Source: Microbotryum violaceum (taxonomy: Eukaryota). From it: a stretch of DNA of 64,000 bases. Position 1 is the first letter of the stretch; each line of letters starts with the position of its first letter. The notes beneath the pieces were generated by a model. That model saw nothing but the letters and a program-made list of their open reading frames with translations. It searched no databases and had not been told where the DNA came from. Below are positions 1 through 13,499 of this stretch, one piece after another. The stretch spans positions 2,852,001-2,916,000 of the forward strand of contig CDLV01000004.1 of NCBI GenBank assembly GCA_001244265.2, written 5' to 3'. A program made the position numbers and the translations under genes.

Positions 1-3000
1 GGTGTGCCCCCCATTAGCGCCGATCTGATGACGATTGCGGAGAAGATGTCGTTGCTCTGTGGACGAGGTAGAATGTATGTGCATGATACCGGTGATGGTT
101 CAATCTCGTTCAAGCGCTCCATTGTCTTACGTTGAATAACGCCTTCTGTTGCGGCCCCATGGGCGGAGATTGATACCAGCAAGTGTGCCACTCCGAAATT
201 CACGAGGAGCTCAAGCAAGCCACCGAGCTCCTCCGCGGCGGCAGTGGTGTCAGTCTTCTCGCCGATAACAAAAGCCGCAAGGAGTCTTGCTGTCGAGCCG
301 ACCGCGTTTGAAGCTATCACGTACGTGCGCACCTAGAAGACGTGCCGAAGAAATTAGTCGGCCTTCAGTTCACGACGCACAGTTAAATCACGCAGAACAT
401 ACCTTGGTGCCCGCAATTGGGGGATCATCGGAGTTGAAGATCGCCTGTAGCTCTTCTTGACTTGAATAGGTGATTGAACCTCCTTCGACCCCAATCACAG
501 TGTGCCGTTCTTCGGACGTGAAGTTGTCATAGATTGGGGTGGTCCGAATCCGGGGTCTCAAACAAGTATCGTCCACATGGAGGTTGAATGTTGCAGCGCC
601 GGTCGAGATTTCACTGGCAACAACAGCAATGTGTTCAAGGTCCTTGTCCAAATCGTAGTTTGTGTACCGTGTTCCGAACTTGTCTGTGATACGAGCAATT
701 GAGGCAGGCGATGTACGAATTCAGTAACCTGGCTCACAGCAGACAACAACATCAGCCCATTGTACAACTCACTGAAGCTTCCGATTTGATGACGCGCCGA
801 TAGACATTTGCAGGACTCGCAGGGCAGCAGGCGATGCCATTGCAATGGCTTGCTCAAAGTTGACCAAAGCTTGGGTTCGCACAAATCCACGCATTGTCTT
901 GCCGGCATCTGTTCGTTCGCTCTTGGTAACCGCAGCACGGATCATGCCATCCAAAATAGTGTGACCTTGCAATTGGCCGGACGCCATCTTCTGCGCAAAT
1001 CGGAGGAACAGGCTTGGCTTGTCGTGCGAGTTAAAGAGTTCCTCCAGACCATTGCACCGTCGATATATCGACGTGACGAGCGTGTCCCCAGCGCAGAACC
1101 TCTTGTTGGTGAACCTCTGCGTCTCCGTGGGCGCCGCTTTATAACGAAGAACCGCTGTAAAGAGACAATTGCCGGCTACCTTGAGGCATTCCTTACAAGG
1201 ATTGGCCCGTAGTCCACTAGTTGGGCTGTATCCTGCTGCTCCCAGACATGTCCTGCTCTTGACGCACTGCAAGACATGGTCGTTGCGCCATTCTAGAACG
1301 TCCCTCTCGTGAAGATTCACCTGCGTCCCCTCGTCCTTGTCAAGTAGGATATTTTTCTCGACTTTTTTAGCTGGGTACACCTGTATGATGAGATCCCTTC
1401 GTCTTGAGGCACCACCTCCTGGAGCGGATGTGCACGTTGGGTAATCCAGACAAGTGGGAGTTGTAAGACTTGGGCAAGGCGTGATGGCGTCAGGAGTCTT
1501 CGCCCATGTCGAGAAATCGGAAACCTTGGGTAGTAACCCAGTGATGCGGGGATTCAAACGGTTGGTGCGGCAGCTGGCTCCTTTGAGGTGGTCTCTGAAT
1601 CGAGACGGTCGGAAACTCCCTTTGACCCTGATGTGCTTGCGGCAAGCACCACAGATTACGACGCGCAGGTTGGTACTGGGTGCTTTTGAGCCGGGACATG
1701 CCTCTTCGATCTCGCGGGTATACCGAGTCAACTTCTCTTGAAGCTCCAGCGCCTTTGCCGCGTCGTCCATTGCGCTTTGCGTGCGGGCTTTCGATCGCGA
1801 ACCTCTTTTTTCTCGCATCTCGGATTCATCGACGGGGTGCTTGGGAGGCCTGACTACAACCGGCATCGTTGGTGTTCCAAACAGCCTTGACCAATCTCCA
1901 CGAAGCTTTGCCACAGGTGCAGAAGCTACAGTCGGCGGTAGTGGGATTGATGGCTGTGCTCGTAAAGGACGACACGGAAGTGCAGCATCAAATGCAGTAT
2001 TCGCCGTGTTACCGAAAACACTTGACCAGTCCGCGCGAAGGTTCCGCGCTGCAACTACAGCTGCGGCATTCGACGGTGGCGTTGACGGTGACGCTGATGG
2101 CGATGTAGGAAGTGACGGAGACGACGAAGTTGAAGCTCGCAACGAAGGCAGGGTGGGGGGGGGGGGGGGGGGGGACTGATCGGCTGTCGAGTCAATGGAA
2201 TGCGACATAATCACGTCTTTGTCATCAAGTTCCGAGGCGTTGTCTTGATCACTCTCCAAGACGTCCAGGGAGTACATTTCGATATCACCGTCATCATTCT
2301 CGTCCGCTTCTTGGAGTATTTGCTGAGCGATCCGATCGAATTGGCGAAGACGCAGCGTCTTTGAGTGCCGAGGGTCAAAGGGCTCAAGTCGGAGCAGTTC
2401 TTCCTCGACCACACTGATGCATGCAGGACCGCACGAGTGAGAATCGCCTTGGACGGCGAGTGAGAATCGCCTTGGACGGCGATCGCTAGGACTTGAAAGC
2501 TTTTGTGTTTGAGTGCGATCCCGAGGTAGGCGATGAGATCGAGTACTCCAGTAACGAGATCGGAAGCTGGCGGCAGGCTGGGCATCGAGTTGGCCAGACT
2601 CCAGGCTTGCTGTTTTGCGTCGATGCGGACGAGATACCAATGCTCCTTTTGACAAATGGGAACGAAGCAGATGATATCTTTGTCCCTTTCGATGAGTCGG
2701 CGCAGATCCGACAGCGAGGCAAGCCCCAAATGATGCAGTTCGTCAAATTTGACATTGTCAAAATGCTCGATCCGCGCTCCTCGTCGGTTCAACCTGATGG
2801 CATCGGATAAGAACCAGGCGGGCAAGGCAACGAATCGAAGAGACGATGGTGCTGATGCTAGGACGCTCTCGAGCATCCAATCCATGTGTGTTTCGGAGTA
2901 CCAGGCGGAGCCTGCAGACACACGCAAGATTCTACCCACATCAGTATCCGGGATCGACTCATGAATGAGTCAAGAGGATGCAAACTCACTGAGGATCTGT

Positions 3001-3506
3001 AGAAAGTCTTGGAGGCGTGTAGATCGACCTCGAAGATAGACGCGGTCGACAGCTGTCCAACGTATGCGAGTGAGGTGATGACGAGCACTGGCAAGCTCAC
3101 GCTCCCGAATCGCGTCGGCGTTAGCTAATCGAGGAATCCATTCTTGAATGTTGTGGATGATATATCGAATTTTTTCTGCCTTGTCGAGATGGGCCCATAA
3201 CGCCGAGGCATCGAGAGGAAGGCACATTGACGACCCCGATACGGCGATAGATCGATAGCCATCGAGATAAGCCAAGAATAGAAAGCTTTGATCGGAAAAC
3301 CTTCCGATAGATTGCTTCGAGGGGCGTGGCAGCGCGTCAAAATGTCGAGGGACATCTTTCGATAGAGCAAGTCGGAGAGAAGCGTCGGGCGCAGGTAGGT
3401 CGTGCGCGAGTAGGTCAACGAGGCGTAGGTCGGCAACAGAGCTCAAGATTGCAAATTCCTCGGAGGTGAGAGCAAAGTTCGGTTCGATGTTGATGATCAC
3501 AGGCAT
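1..3506 (-). pseudogene. Disrupted transposase polyprotein: N-terminal domain, Ulp1/C48 protease, CxxC..H..C Zn finger, P-like HTH, DDE core
   Basis: Ulp1 motifs FVPICQKEHWYL, ANSM and QGDSHSCG. Zn finger CGACRK..FRDHLKGASC. P/THAP9-like helix MASPAALRVLQ..SNRKLQ. First catalytic D in LHVDDTCL; second site reads VSISAHG (D->H). GT-AG introns at about 772-684 and 402-333. A 23-nt tandem duplication at 2434-2479 frameshifts the Ulp1 domain. Confidence 0.65.
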
Positions 3507-3902
3507 TTTGAACACCTTTGTAGACACGTTTGTAGAGTATAGAGTGCCAGTGATTGTTTGCCACGACCGCGGTCGGTGGCGTGTCGCGCGAGTCAAACTG
3601 AAATGGACTCGAATAGGATTCCATGATTGATCGCAAATGCAGCACTTACCAACGCGCTCAAATTGCAAACAGCGCGACGGTTACCCGCGCGCAGCTGGGC
3701 CGGCTATATGCCCGGCGCCTCCAGCCTCTCGCTACCCTGGTCTGCGCTTCAAAGTTCGACCGGAGGGAGGAAAATGTCCAAAAATGAGGTGAGCCTCGAC
3801 CCATTTTGAGCCAAAAATGTCCAAATTTGCGGGCTGCCTAGCCGATTTTTGGGTCCCCAAAATGTCCAAATTTGCGGGCCGCCTCTGGCTGGGCTTCCGG
3901 TG
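1..3902 (-). mobile_element. Putative P-superfamily-like DNA transposon (5' part; runs off the window) carrying a Ulp1-type protease domain
   Basis: Minus-strand terminus CACCGGAAGCCCAGCCAGAGGC at 3902-3881 resembles termini at 27697, 28244 and 48322. Subterminal repeats AAAATGTCCAAA lie at about 3770, 3814 and 3859. The element encodes a transposase-like polyprotein (next feature). Confidence 0.65.
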
Positions 3903-4213
3903 CAGAATGGGGGTGATCGACACTGTATTTGGCCTCGGAAGCGCGCATTTCCACGAATCAGCGCTTGGCCTTCTCCCCACCAGGTCTCTGGTCTGTCCTC
4001 GAGAGAAGGACACGACCTCCTCTTTCGCTCGACTAGGTTCAAGTACCTCTACCTACCCATCTCGCTGCAGTGGTGGGTCCGGGGGGTCCGGTCACGCGGC
4101 GTTTGCGGTCACGCAACGACTTCTCGACTCGAGCTCACGCCGGACGGGACGAGTCGACTTGATCGCACTTGGAACTCAATTTCATCAAGCTCCACCTCTT
4201 CCTCTACTCAAAG

Positions 4214-6717
4214 ATGGGAAAACCCCCCACCAACCGACCGAATTCGCAGCTACACCCTCTGCTACCTCTAACGCGCGAGCAACATCACCGCATGCTGACC
4301 GTCGATGTCGAGGCCACTCGCGACAACAACCGCCACCACAGCAACAATACCCGTTCTCGATCGACCTCTCCTTCCTCTCCTGTCATGTCAATCACGTCCC
4401 ACTCGCCTTCATCACCTTACACTATAGGATCCTCACCCCGATCCTCGTCAATTCCAAGTCCGAAAGAACCCTTCGGCGCTCCACCTCGCTGGTCAGAACG
4501 ACTCTCTTCTCTCCCACGACCCTCATCGATCGTCTCCAAGAGTAGGGAAATCATACACCGCCCATGGCGTCTACCACGTTGGCGATCCGGTCCCTTCGCT
4601 TTGCTCTGTCTTCTCTTCCTCGGCACTTTTGCAAGTTACGCGACTTATCACCTTTCAAATCCTGATCAATTCGATCTGGGTTATCGCTCGAACGCGGAGG
4701 AAGATCATTGGTTCAAAGATGCTAGCTCAGTGGATCTAACGGAGGAAGAAACGAGGGACGGGGAATATATCAAGCCGAGTTTGAAGAAATTGAAGCAAGC
4801 GGTAGGGACGAGCCCCATTTTTTGGCCAAAGATGGAATAGCTTGGTATGGGTACGTATGCGTCAATCCTCCCTCCGTTGGTTAGATGTCACATGCTGATT
4901 GGGGGACTGTGGGGGTGTACAGTTTCAACAATCGACGATACATGCTCGAAGCGACGATGAACTTGGCGCGCGTCTCCCATCGCATACCTATCCTCCCTTC
5001 TCACATATGGGCAAGAAGTTGCGTTGTAGATAGGTCAGTTCAACACTCATCACAAAAATCGAATTTGAGTATCTTTTTGCTCATTATTCGTTTTGTGGGA
5101 GTAGTGCGGATTGCACCAAGCATGCTTTACAGCATTTGGCCGATCGGAAGAACGCTCCCGGGTTCAAGGATGAGTTCACTTGGAACGAAGATGGTGAAGC
5201 TTGGAGATTGGGAATAGAGGTGAGAGAGAAGACTTTTTTCTTCCCCACAAAAGATTCCTCCCCTAACCACAAGCTGATCATGTTCTGATCGTTTTCGCAA
5301 ACACACACACCCGCAGCATTTCATAGATCTACCACACCTCCGTCGAACTTACGGTCTCTTCCTGACTCAAACCGAATACTTTTCACTTTACGCCTCTTCC
5401 CTCCCTCCGAAGTTCAAGATCGACTTGAGAGGGTATTGGAATCCGATCCTTTATAATCCTAAAGGAATGACGACGCGTGTGTTGAATGGGACCAAGGAAT
5501 TTCATGACAAGAGTTGGGTCAGGATGGATAGAGAATTTATGGGTGTGGGAGGAGCGTCGTTCAAGGGTAGTAAAAGTTGGGAGAGGAAAGGAAGGAAGGG
5601 GCTCGAGGGGGTTGATGAAAATGTGGTCAGGGACTTGATGAAGGAGGATCGGACGTACGTTTGGTCTTTGGAGAAAGCGATCAAAGCGATGCGCAGAAGG
5701 GGGATTGGAGAGGGGAAACATGTTGCAAAGGAGGAATGGGGGAGGGCGTTGGTGAGACAAGCGGGTTTGAGGGAGTTGTACACGTTCGATGACTCGTAAG
5801 TTGGTCACTGTCGGGTTACAGGATCAGGCTTTAGGGAAGTGCTGATTTAGAACGCTCGAGTGACCACTCACAGTACCTTGATGTGTAAAACCATGGCGCG
5901 CCCCTCGACCGAATACGCTGACCCTTTGCACCTCCGTCCCTTCCAAATCGAAGCCTTTGAGAACTATTCGAACGCGACCATCCTCGCCATCTCGGGCCAG
6001 ATTCACGACCAACGTAAACCGGGCGCCACGCACTTCTCGACCCCTTACGCACGGGACCAATTCCGCAATTGGGTGATCGAAGGTATTCGACCACCGCGTG
6101 TGTACATTTTAGCGGCGGAGAAGATCGTTCAAGAGATGAAGCGAAGGACCAAAGGACGACTTTGGAGGTCCGCGCATTTAAGAAGGGGTGATTTCGTGGG
6201 TATCGCTTGGGCACCGGAGAAGGACCCTGTGAGGCACTTCGGTAAACTCAAGAATGCCCTTGGAGCGGGCATCCAAGTCCTTCGACAACGACGAACCAAA
6301 AAACCAGGTCGAGGGGCTTTACAACCTTTGAAACAAGAGGAGCTCCCTTTTCTGAACGATCCGTTCTACCTCGCTACGGACGAGACGGATCCGAAAGCTT
6401 TGGCATATTATAGGAGACAAGGGGCTGTGTTGTTGCATGAAGTGATGGGGCAGGACGAATTGGAGGACGTGTTGGGGTGGAGGGCCAAGTATTGGGATTT
6501 GTTGGCGTTGGTCGAACAGGAGGTTTTGGCGCAGAGTGATTACTTTGTTGGGTCTAGGATGAGTTCGACGACTGGCGGCGCGTTAAATTCGAGGTTGAGG
6601 AGGAGGAGGGAGAAGGAGGGCAGGGAAGGGGAGGGGGAGGTTTTCGTGGATGCGAGGGACGATAATTGGATCTTCTTGGAGGAGTTCAACGAGAGGGAGA
6701 GGGAGGATCATGACTAG
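4214..6717 (+). CDS. GDP-fucose protein O-fucosyltransferase-family (O-FucT) glycosyltransferase, type II membrane protein, multi-exon
   Basis: N-terminal TM segment FALLCLLFLGTFASYA. Motifs FNNRRYMLEA, AHLRRGDF, FYLATDE and EQEVLAQSDYFVGSRMSSTTG. The ORF pieces are separated by GT-AG introns. Confidence 0.8.
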
Positions 6718-7036
6718 GTTGTATTCGAGGCGTGATCATTGGGGGCTTGCTGTTGTTGTAGGATTACAGTGCTGCTTGTTCGTTCTTTGGTAGTATTCCA
6801 GGAATGATATCATATTTTGTGGACAGAGTATGGACAAGACGTGGGGTGGGGTTGAATCGGTGCTCGGTTCGCTCGTGTACCTTTAAAAGTCGAATCGACA
6901 CCCATGCCGCGTCCGCGGTTCGAGTTGGAGCTCGTTCGTCGTTCGTCAAGTCGTTCACGTTCATCACGTGTCAAGACTTTCGCAGACCGCTCTTTCTCTT
7001 CCAAACCGATTCTTTAAGACTTGCAAGTTCTCGACA

Positions 7037-8662
7037 ATGGGCTTTACAGCCATTGCGCACCACCTACAAAAACCCATGCCACCCACCGGTCCTGAGTCGT
7101 CAGACGTCTTCACCGCTTTACCTGCTGCACGGACAATTCGCGAGCCGCGGTCGGCAGCGCGTCGAACTGTGGATAAGGCTACTGGTGGAGTCAAGGGCTC
7201 GAAGAGGAGCTTGGCTGTTCAGGATCAATTGAATGTAATAGGAAAGGATCACGTTGACGCTAAAGGGAGCAAGCGCGAGGTCTCCAAGGATGATGTGGGT
7301 TGTACTCGCGACGGTACTTTTCCAGCACTCGGAGCGCCGAGTGATCCCGAGGGGGCCGAGTGGATGCAGATCGGATCGGGCGATACGAGTGTGATAAATT
7401 TAGACGGTGTTGAATACGTCGTCTCAGGTAAGCTCGCCCTCACCGTGCATCATGTTCCGCGAACGGCACCCACTTCAAAACTGATTTTCTCGCAGGTCCC
7501 AACGCGACCCTCTTAGCGAACGAACCTCTCCGCTCCCACCGCGGTCCACAACAACATCTTCGACGAAGACGAGTTCTCTACGCCGTAACGGTCAATTCGG
7601 CCGTGGTGAGTCTGTCTAGTTGGATCATCGTCGCAAATGTGATGGCGGTGATCAGGATAAACACTTTGAGTTTGGGAAGGGCTGTCGAAGTGGTGAGATG
7701 GATCGAGCTGGGCGTTGGTACTGGATCGCTTGTGGTGGGTACAGGGGTATTCGCTTGGTTACGCGTGAGTCAAAAATCTCACTCTTCCATTTTTCCGAGG
7801 GATAGAATGAAACTCACTAGCCACTCGACCGGCTACCGATCAATCTCTTTAGACCCGTCGAGCCCATTTCTCAAACTACCTCATGCTCCCCCTCGCCACC
7901 CTCTCAACTCTATCCCACCTTCTCCTTGCCTTCACAAATTTTGCCCTAACCCAAAAACACCGCCTCTCACTTTCCAACCGGTGTAAATGGGGCATCTCCA
8001 TCACCTGGTCCTCAGGCGCTTCAAGTCGAAGCTGACCCCCTTTTGAGGAAATGGCAAAGAACTGGCTCTCAGCGGCTTTGCTTCGGATCGTCGTAACGAT
8101 GTTCATCGGGGGGCTTTGGTTCGTGGCACTATGGGCGTTCCAGATCTGTCTCACGAAAAAGGTCTCGCCTCTTACTATGAGCATGGGCGGAAGTGGCCAA
8201 GGTGGAATCGCGGGTTGGACACTTTCGAATGAGGCTCGAGCTTTATTGGATCAAAAAGGGGCTTCGATAAGACTTTCAACTTCTGACAAGACAGACCAAT
8301 TACGTACTCGACAAAAACGCGATCGATTACTACACATGCCGGAATATGAACCAGGAAGATTGGAGGTCGGGGAAGTAGACGATGAAGAACAAGAAGATGA
8401 TGAAACCGTGCTTTCACGGTCTCAAACTGAGTTCTCTTTCGGAAAATGGTTAGGAGCCAAGCTATTCGGGTGGATGATTTGGGGGATGGGCTTGGATTCC
8501 TACGACGAGTCGAAAGAGACACGACCGGAGGTGATGAAGCTGAGGATTGGGAAGAAGAGAAAGGATGGGTCCGGAACAAGGATCAACTCGAGCCAAACTG
8601 TCCCGGTCACAGAAGTCCCATTCAAAAACCCCGTAGAGAAAGTGCGCCGAACCATTATCTGA
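7037..8662 (+). CDS. Hypothetical multi-pass membrane protein
   Basis: ORF pieces 7037-7427, about 7496-7763 and about 7821-8662 are linked by GT-AG introns. Several hydrophobic segments are present. No family recognised. Confidence 0.55.
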
Positions 8663-9856
8663 GAAAGTCTAACTCGAAAAAAAAACGAAAGCGATTTTCG
8701 TCAAGGTCGAGTTTCTGCGGACGTTGCGAACGCGCACGCGGCAACCTTTTCCGCCTTTCAAAAACTGAGGGAGATGGTCTGTGCGCAAGCGATCTGACAT
8801 GAGAACGAAGACGCGTCACGCGATAACCCGATAGGAGTGTCTGCCGGCGCGTCCTTCCGCGACTCGTTGGCTTAGGGGTTCCTTTCCGAAGCCCTCCGGC
8901 ACATCTTCTCCTTTGGCCTCTTTCGTTTCCCACTCCCTGCTCGTACTACTGGGCGTTCAGAGCGTCAATTTCGCCTTTATTAGAGGAAGATGGGGCAGCG
9001 CTACAGCACTAGTCGCGGCCTAGGAAAGTTTTAAGTTGGAAGAAGAGGTCCGAGCGCGAAGCTCGAGGGCGTCTAACCACATCTCCCTTCGGCCAATCTC
9101 CGCGTGCTGGAGTTGAGCGTTCACCTGTAAGGTAGTGTACGATGACATGGTGGAAGAAAGGCCCTATCCGGCGGGGCGTACTCGGCGGGGCGACACGAGC
9201 TCACGAAAGGAGCGCGACAAGTTCATTTATAGGGGCCACCGCCGCTCGGCGTTTCACGTGACCTTCGCAATCTACATCACGAAATAAAATGAAAAGTGAA
9301 GAGATCTGGCCAAAAATTCGAGGTTGAGGTCGGATTTTTGAAAGCGCCTCAAACGCGTTTGCTTTTCAAAAACTGAAGCGATCGCGATCGAGCCTAACCC
9401 AAAGAGGAAGGCGCGAGCGATTTCACAAAGTCTAAAGTTCAGAATTTGAAGCGCTCGGACGGTCGTTTGGGGTTTTTGAGTGGGACTAGAGCCATTGACG
9501 ATCGAAGGAAGTGAGAATGGGGCTGGAACGTAGGAGTTCATAGGATTTCATAGATCAGCCTTGATTATCGAGTCTCCAAGAGTATAGCAAACGATGAAGA
9601 ACATGCCCGAAGAAATTGAAGGAGGACTACAAGCAACTACGGTGAGACGGAAAAGAGAATACAGATTATAGATAATGTACAAGAAAGCAAAGAAGAATAA
9701 AACCAAGAAAGAAAGAATGAAACAAGAGTGTGGAAGCAGTGTATCGTTAAGGAATGTTCATCGCACATCTTAATTGGTCGGAGAGAGGGGAAAAGAGAGG
9801 GGGGGTTATACAACAGTCGACCGTCTCTCTCGTTGCCGTAAACCGTCGAAGAAAAG

Positions 9857-12800
9857 TTACAAGAATTCGAAAGCTGCGAGAAGAGAGAAAGCCAAGCGAG
9901 AAGAATCAGTAACATAGCCCATATAACTTCGACAGTATCGAGCGAGCGACAGAGAAAGAAACGTACTAGCAGTCCCACAATCGACCCCCTCATCACTCAT
10001 CAACACACCCCTCACCTCCGCCGAATCCAAACTCAACCCCAGATCGAACTCGACGTAACCCCCACCCAGAGCGGCGATTCGAGCGAAGGAAGGCAAGGCG
10101 GCGAGGTCAACGGTCCAACGACATAATTCTGTAGCGTCACCTTCGTCGGTGTATCTGAGTTTGCAGAAGAGGTTCCCGGAGACAGGTCAGGGAATGCATT
10201 CGAGAGGAGAGGTAACATGTGATTCACGCACCGGTAGAGTTCATCCGAATCCGAGGTGTACAGTTGGGCCGTGAATGTCGAGTCGTTGGCATTCTTGACG
10301 AATTTGCAGAACCTCGAACGAAGCTTTTCGCCTTTCCGGAGGACGGCACCTTTGGCGACGAGATCTGTCAAAGGGTTGGGACGAGTCAGTGATGACGCCC
10401 GTCTGTTATGATGTGAGTCAAGTGACTCACATGACAGTCGATTGGCGCACACTTTCATCCCCGCATCGTTGATCGTGATAAAGTGTGGCCGCTCGTATCG
10501 ATCGACATCCTCTGCCGGCAACTTGACCTCTGCAATTCGAAACGATAATCTCCCCATCAGTGATCGTGGACCACCCAACCACGACACATCAAGCGCCTCG
10601 CACTCACTCATAATATAACTTCTCGGCGTAATCACCGCACTCACTGCCTTCCTCCCCTGCGTCAACCCCAAACCGTACCTAGCCGCGCCCCTCAAAGTAG
10701 CGACATCACAATCGTTCGGTCTCGCAATGACAGGGATCGAAGCGCCAAATTCTTCTTGGACTCGCGTGTAGAGGTATTCCGAAGCTGCGAAACCTCCGAC
10801 GAGGATGATGGCGTCGATTCGGGTGCCGGCAACTTTGGAGAGTTGGTGGTGCAGAAGGTCGAGGACTTGGTCTGTTCGAAGTTAAGAATCTTGTCAGCAC
10901 TTTGAACGAAAGTTTGATCTGTACGAAGCAGATGGTCCACTCACTGATGATAGGATCAAACACCTCCACTCTTAACACGTGGCCCGGGATCGCCAATTCG
11001 CCGTACTCGAGTCCAACAGAAGGGTCATGTCCATCCTCGATGTTGAAACAGTTGAAGCGATACATCGAGTCTGCGAGCATTTTACCTCGAGATTGGCATC
11101 CCGAAAACCGATCGACAGATCCCAAGGGTTTGAGAGAGCGAGGGCTCACCGTCGTCTACTCGACCGTGATAGTCGAGTTTGTCGGATTCCGAGAAGGCGT
11201 GCATGAACGAGGTGAGAGACGGTGGGTCGAGATGGACAGGATGATCCTTCAATCTATAGGTGATACCCGCGACGAATCCAATCAGCGTCGATGATGAGGC
11301 CTAAGACAAGTGGAAGTAGGCAACTCACATCTTTCTCACCAGTTCCTCAAACATCAAATCGACGAACAGACTCCCTGCATTCGCACCGCTCCTGACGCAC
11401 ATCTCGGCAATCTCCAATTGGCTCAACTGGCCCATCAGTTTGTACACGGCCGTATCGACCGTTCCACCACCTGCGTCGCAGAGGAGGAAGGTCTGCGAGG
11501 GTCGAAGATGGTGGAGGGATGCGAGGGTCGAGGCGTGGATGGCTCCTGCTTCGGGCTCGCTAATGAGAAACACGATCACGGTTGTCAGTGCCATGTACGA
11601 AGCTGACGAAATCCTTATGGACGTACGTGACAATCTGCAATCGATCTCGCCAATGGATATCCCCACCCCGAGACGATTGAATGAGATGAGCTCGGATCGC
11701 CGCTTCGCGCATAAGGTTGCAGCCGGCCGCGTCCCAAGCCGCTGGAACAGTCAACAGAACCTCGGCGGAATCTAAAGACGATCAACGCAAACGCATCAGC
11801 TGGGAGCTTTCCCATCAAACTGGCTCGTTCGGGAAGGCGACTGACCCAGGTCCACAACCGAACCAATTTCCTCCGTGATCTGCTTCTTGGCGTATCTCCA
11901 AAGAACCCTCAAGAAATCCGCAATCACATCGACGACGTCCTTCCCATGTGGCAATGGCGGTAATCTCGGATCGGGTCGACCGGAGCGTAGACTTTCGGGG
12001 GAGAGGAGGAGCTTGAACCATTCGCATCTGGGGAGTGCGAAGAGAGAATGAGTCCACGACAGTTCACGGGTCGTGCTAGGCAGGCTTGAACTACTCACTT
12101 GACCATCCCGGGTTGCAATGCTGTGTTCTTCGCCTCCAAACCCCAAGAAAGAACGGACGCTTCCTCATTGGGCGAAGGTTGGTGATACAAGATGCAAGAA
12201 GGGACCTTTCGATAACTGTGAAGGGCGACGAGGCAATCCTACGCTCAGCAAAGTCGGCTATCGTGTGAGCCAACCTGCGTACTCACGTTTCATAACTGCC
12301 TGGCCATACAAGAATTTGTCGAATTTGCCCTGCAAACAACCTCGTGGAACCGTAGGCGACACCGGAAAAGGTCGTTCTGAGAAAGACGTCGCGGAGGTCA
12401 GCGCACGGTATCGAGCCCACGTAAAAGTAACGACTTACCCAAAGTCAATTCCAACCGACAGTTTCCCCTCGTTCCCTGGATCCTGCATCCTCGCTCGGAC
12501 ACTATTCGCCGCAGCCGAGCCGGTATCGACGTTGTAAACGGGACTGGTCGTAGGCAAAGGCGACGAATACGTCTGAATCGGCGGCGGTGTGGGGTACCCG
12601 ACAGGCGGTGAAGCGTACAAGGGTGCGGGTCTCATGACCGATGCCGAGGCGGATTGTTGAGCGTGGGGGTGATTCGAGGGATGTTGAGGGATGTAGCCGT
12701 TCGGTATCGAAGGCACGGGTGGGATGCCTTGCTGCTCGCTCATGGGTATTCCTGTACGAGAAAGTGTGATGGAAGCGAACGAAGCATACGATTGTTGAGG

Positions 12801-13499
12801 TTGTATTTGGTGTGACTGATAGAGCGGTTGTTGAGAGTACTGCTGTTGTTGCTGCGGAGGTTGTGGTTGTGGTTGCTGCTGCCTCGAGCTCGATCGAAAC
12901 GGTCGGGCCGTCTGGGCGTCCCCTCCTGAGCCGACCCCGGCGCCGACGGCATCAGTGTTGCCTCCCGCGAGGCCGATCGCAGTAGCCGCGCCGGTGGCCG
13001 AAACAGCCGCGACCCCGGCCAAACTGGACGACGAAGTTGACACCTTCATAGCGTGTTCAGCTTGGTGAGGCGTCGGCGTCGTCGCTGTGGTCGGTAAGAG
13101 GGGTGGACTGGTCGTTCGTGCTCGATTCGGATGACCTTCCCTCAGGTGCGGAGAGTAGGACAAGACCCTCGGTGGGTGCGGCGAGGTCTGACGATGAATA
13201 GGGTACTTGAGGATCTGGAACGACTTGGGTTCCTTCTTCTCCTTGACCTTCTCCTTCTCCTTCTCCTTCTCCAATCGAACCTCATCGCCAGCACTACCAT
13301 TTTCATTCCCATTTCCGTTCCCAGCTCCAAGGTCGGCTCCGACGGCGCCTTCCCAGCCGCCGCCGACACTACAGCTAGCTTTGGTCTTGCGCATGCTCTG
13401 AAACGACGGCGTAGTCGCGGCGGCTTGTTCCATTTGCGGTCGCGGTGACGGCGGCGGCGACGGCTCGTAACCGCGTCCTCGGCAGCACCTGTCGTACAT
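9857..13499 (-). CDS. HSP70-like actin-fold ATPase of the HSPA12 type with a long Pro/Gln/Ser-rich N-terminus, multi-exon
   Basis: Motifs VGIDFG, TVPAAWD..LMREAA, ISEPEAGA, LCDAGGGTVD, GSLFVD, ILVGGFAASEYL and RGAARYGL. The last exon ends AFEFL* at 9857. Start codon uncertain (13499, 13433 or 13046). Confidence 0.88.

Noticed and set aside
9336-9372. Short TTTTGAAA..TTTCAAAA inverted repeat in intergenic DNA
   Set aside because: Low complexity, with no TSD or second copy.
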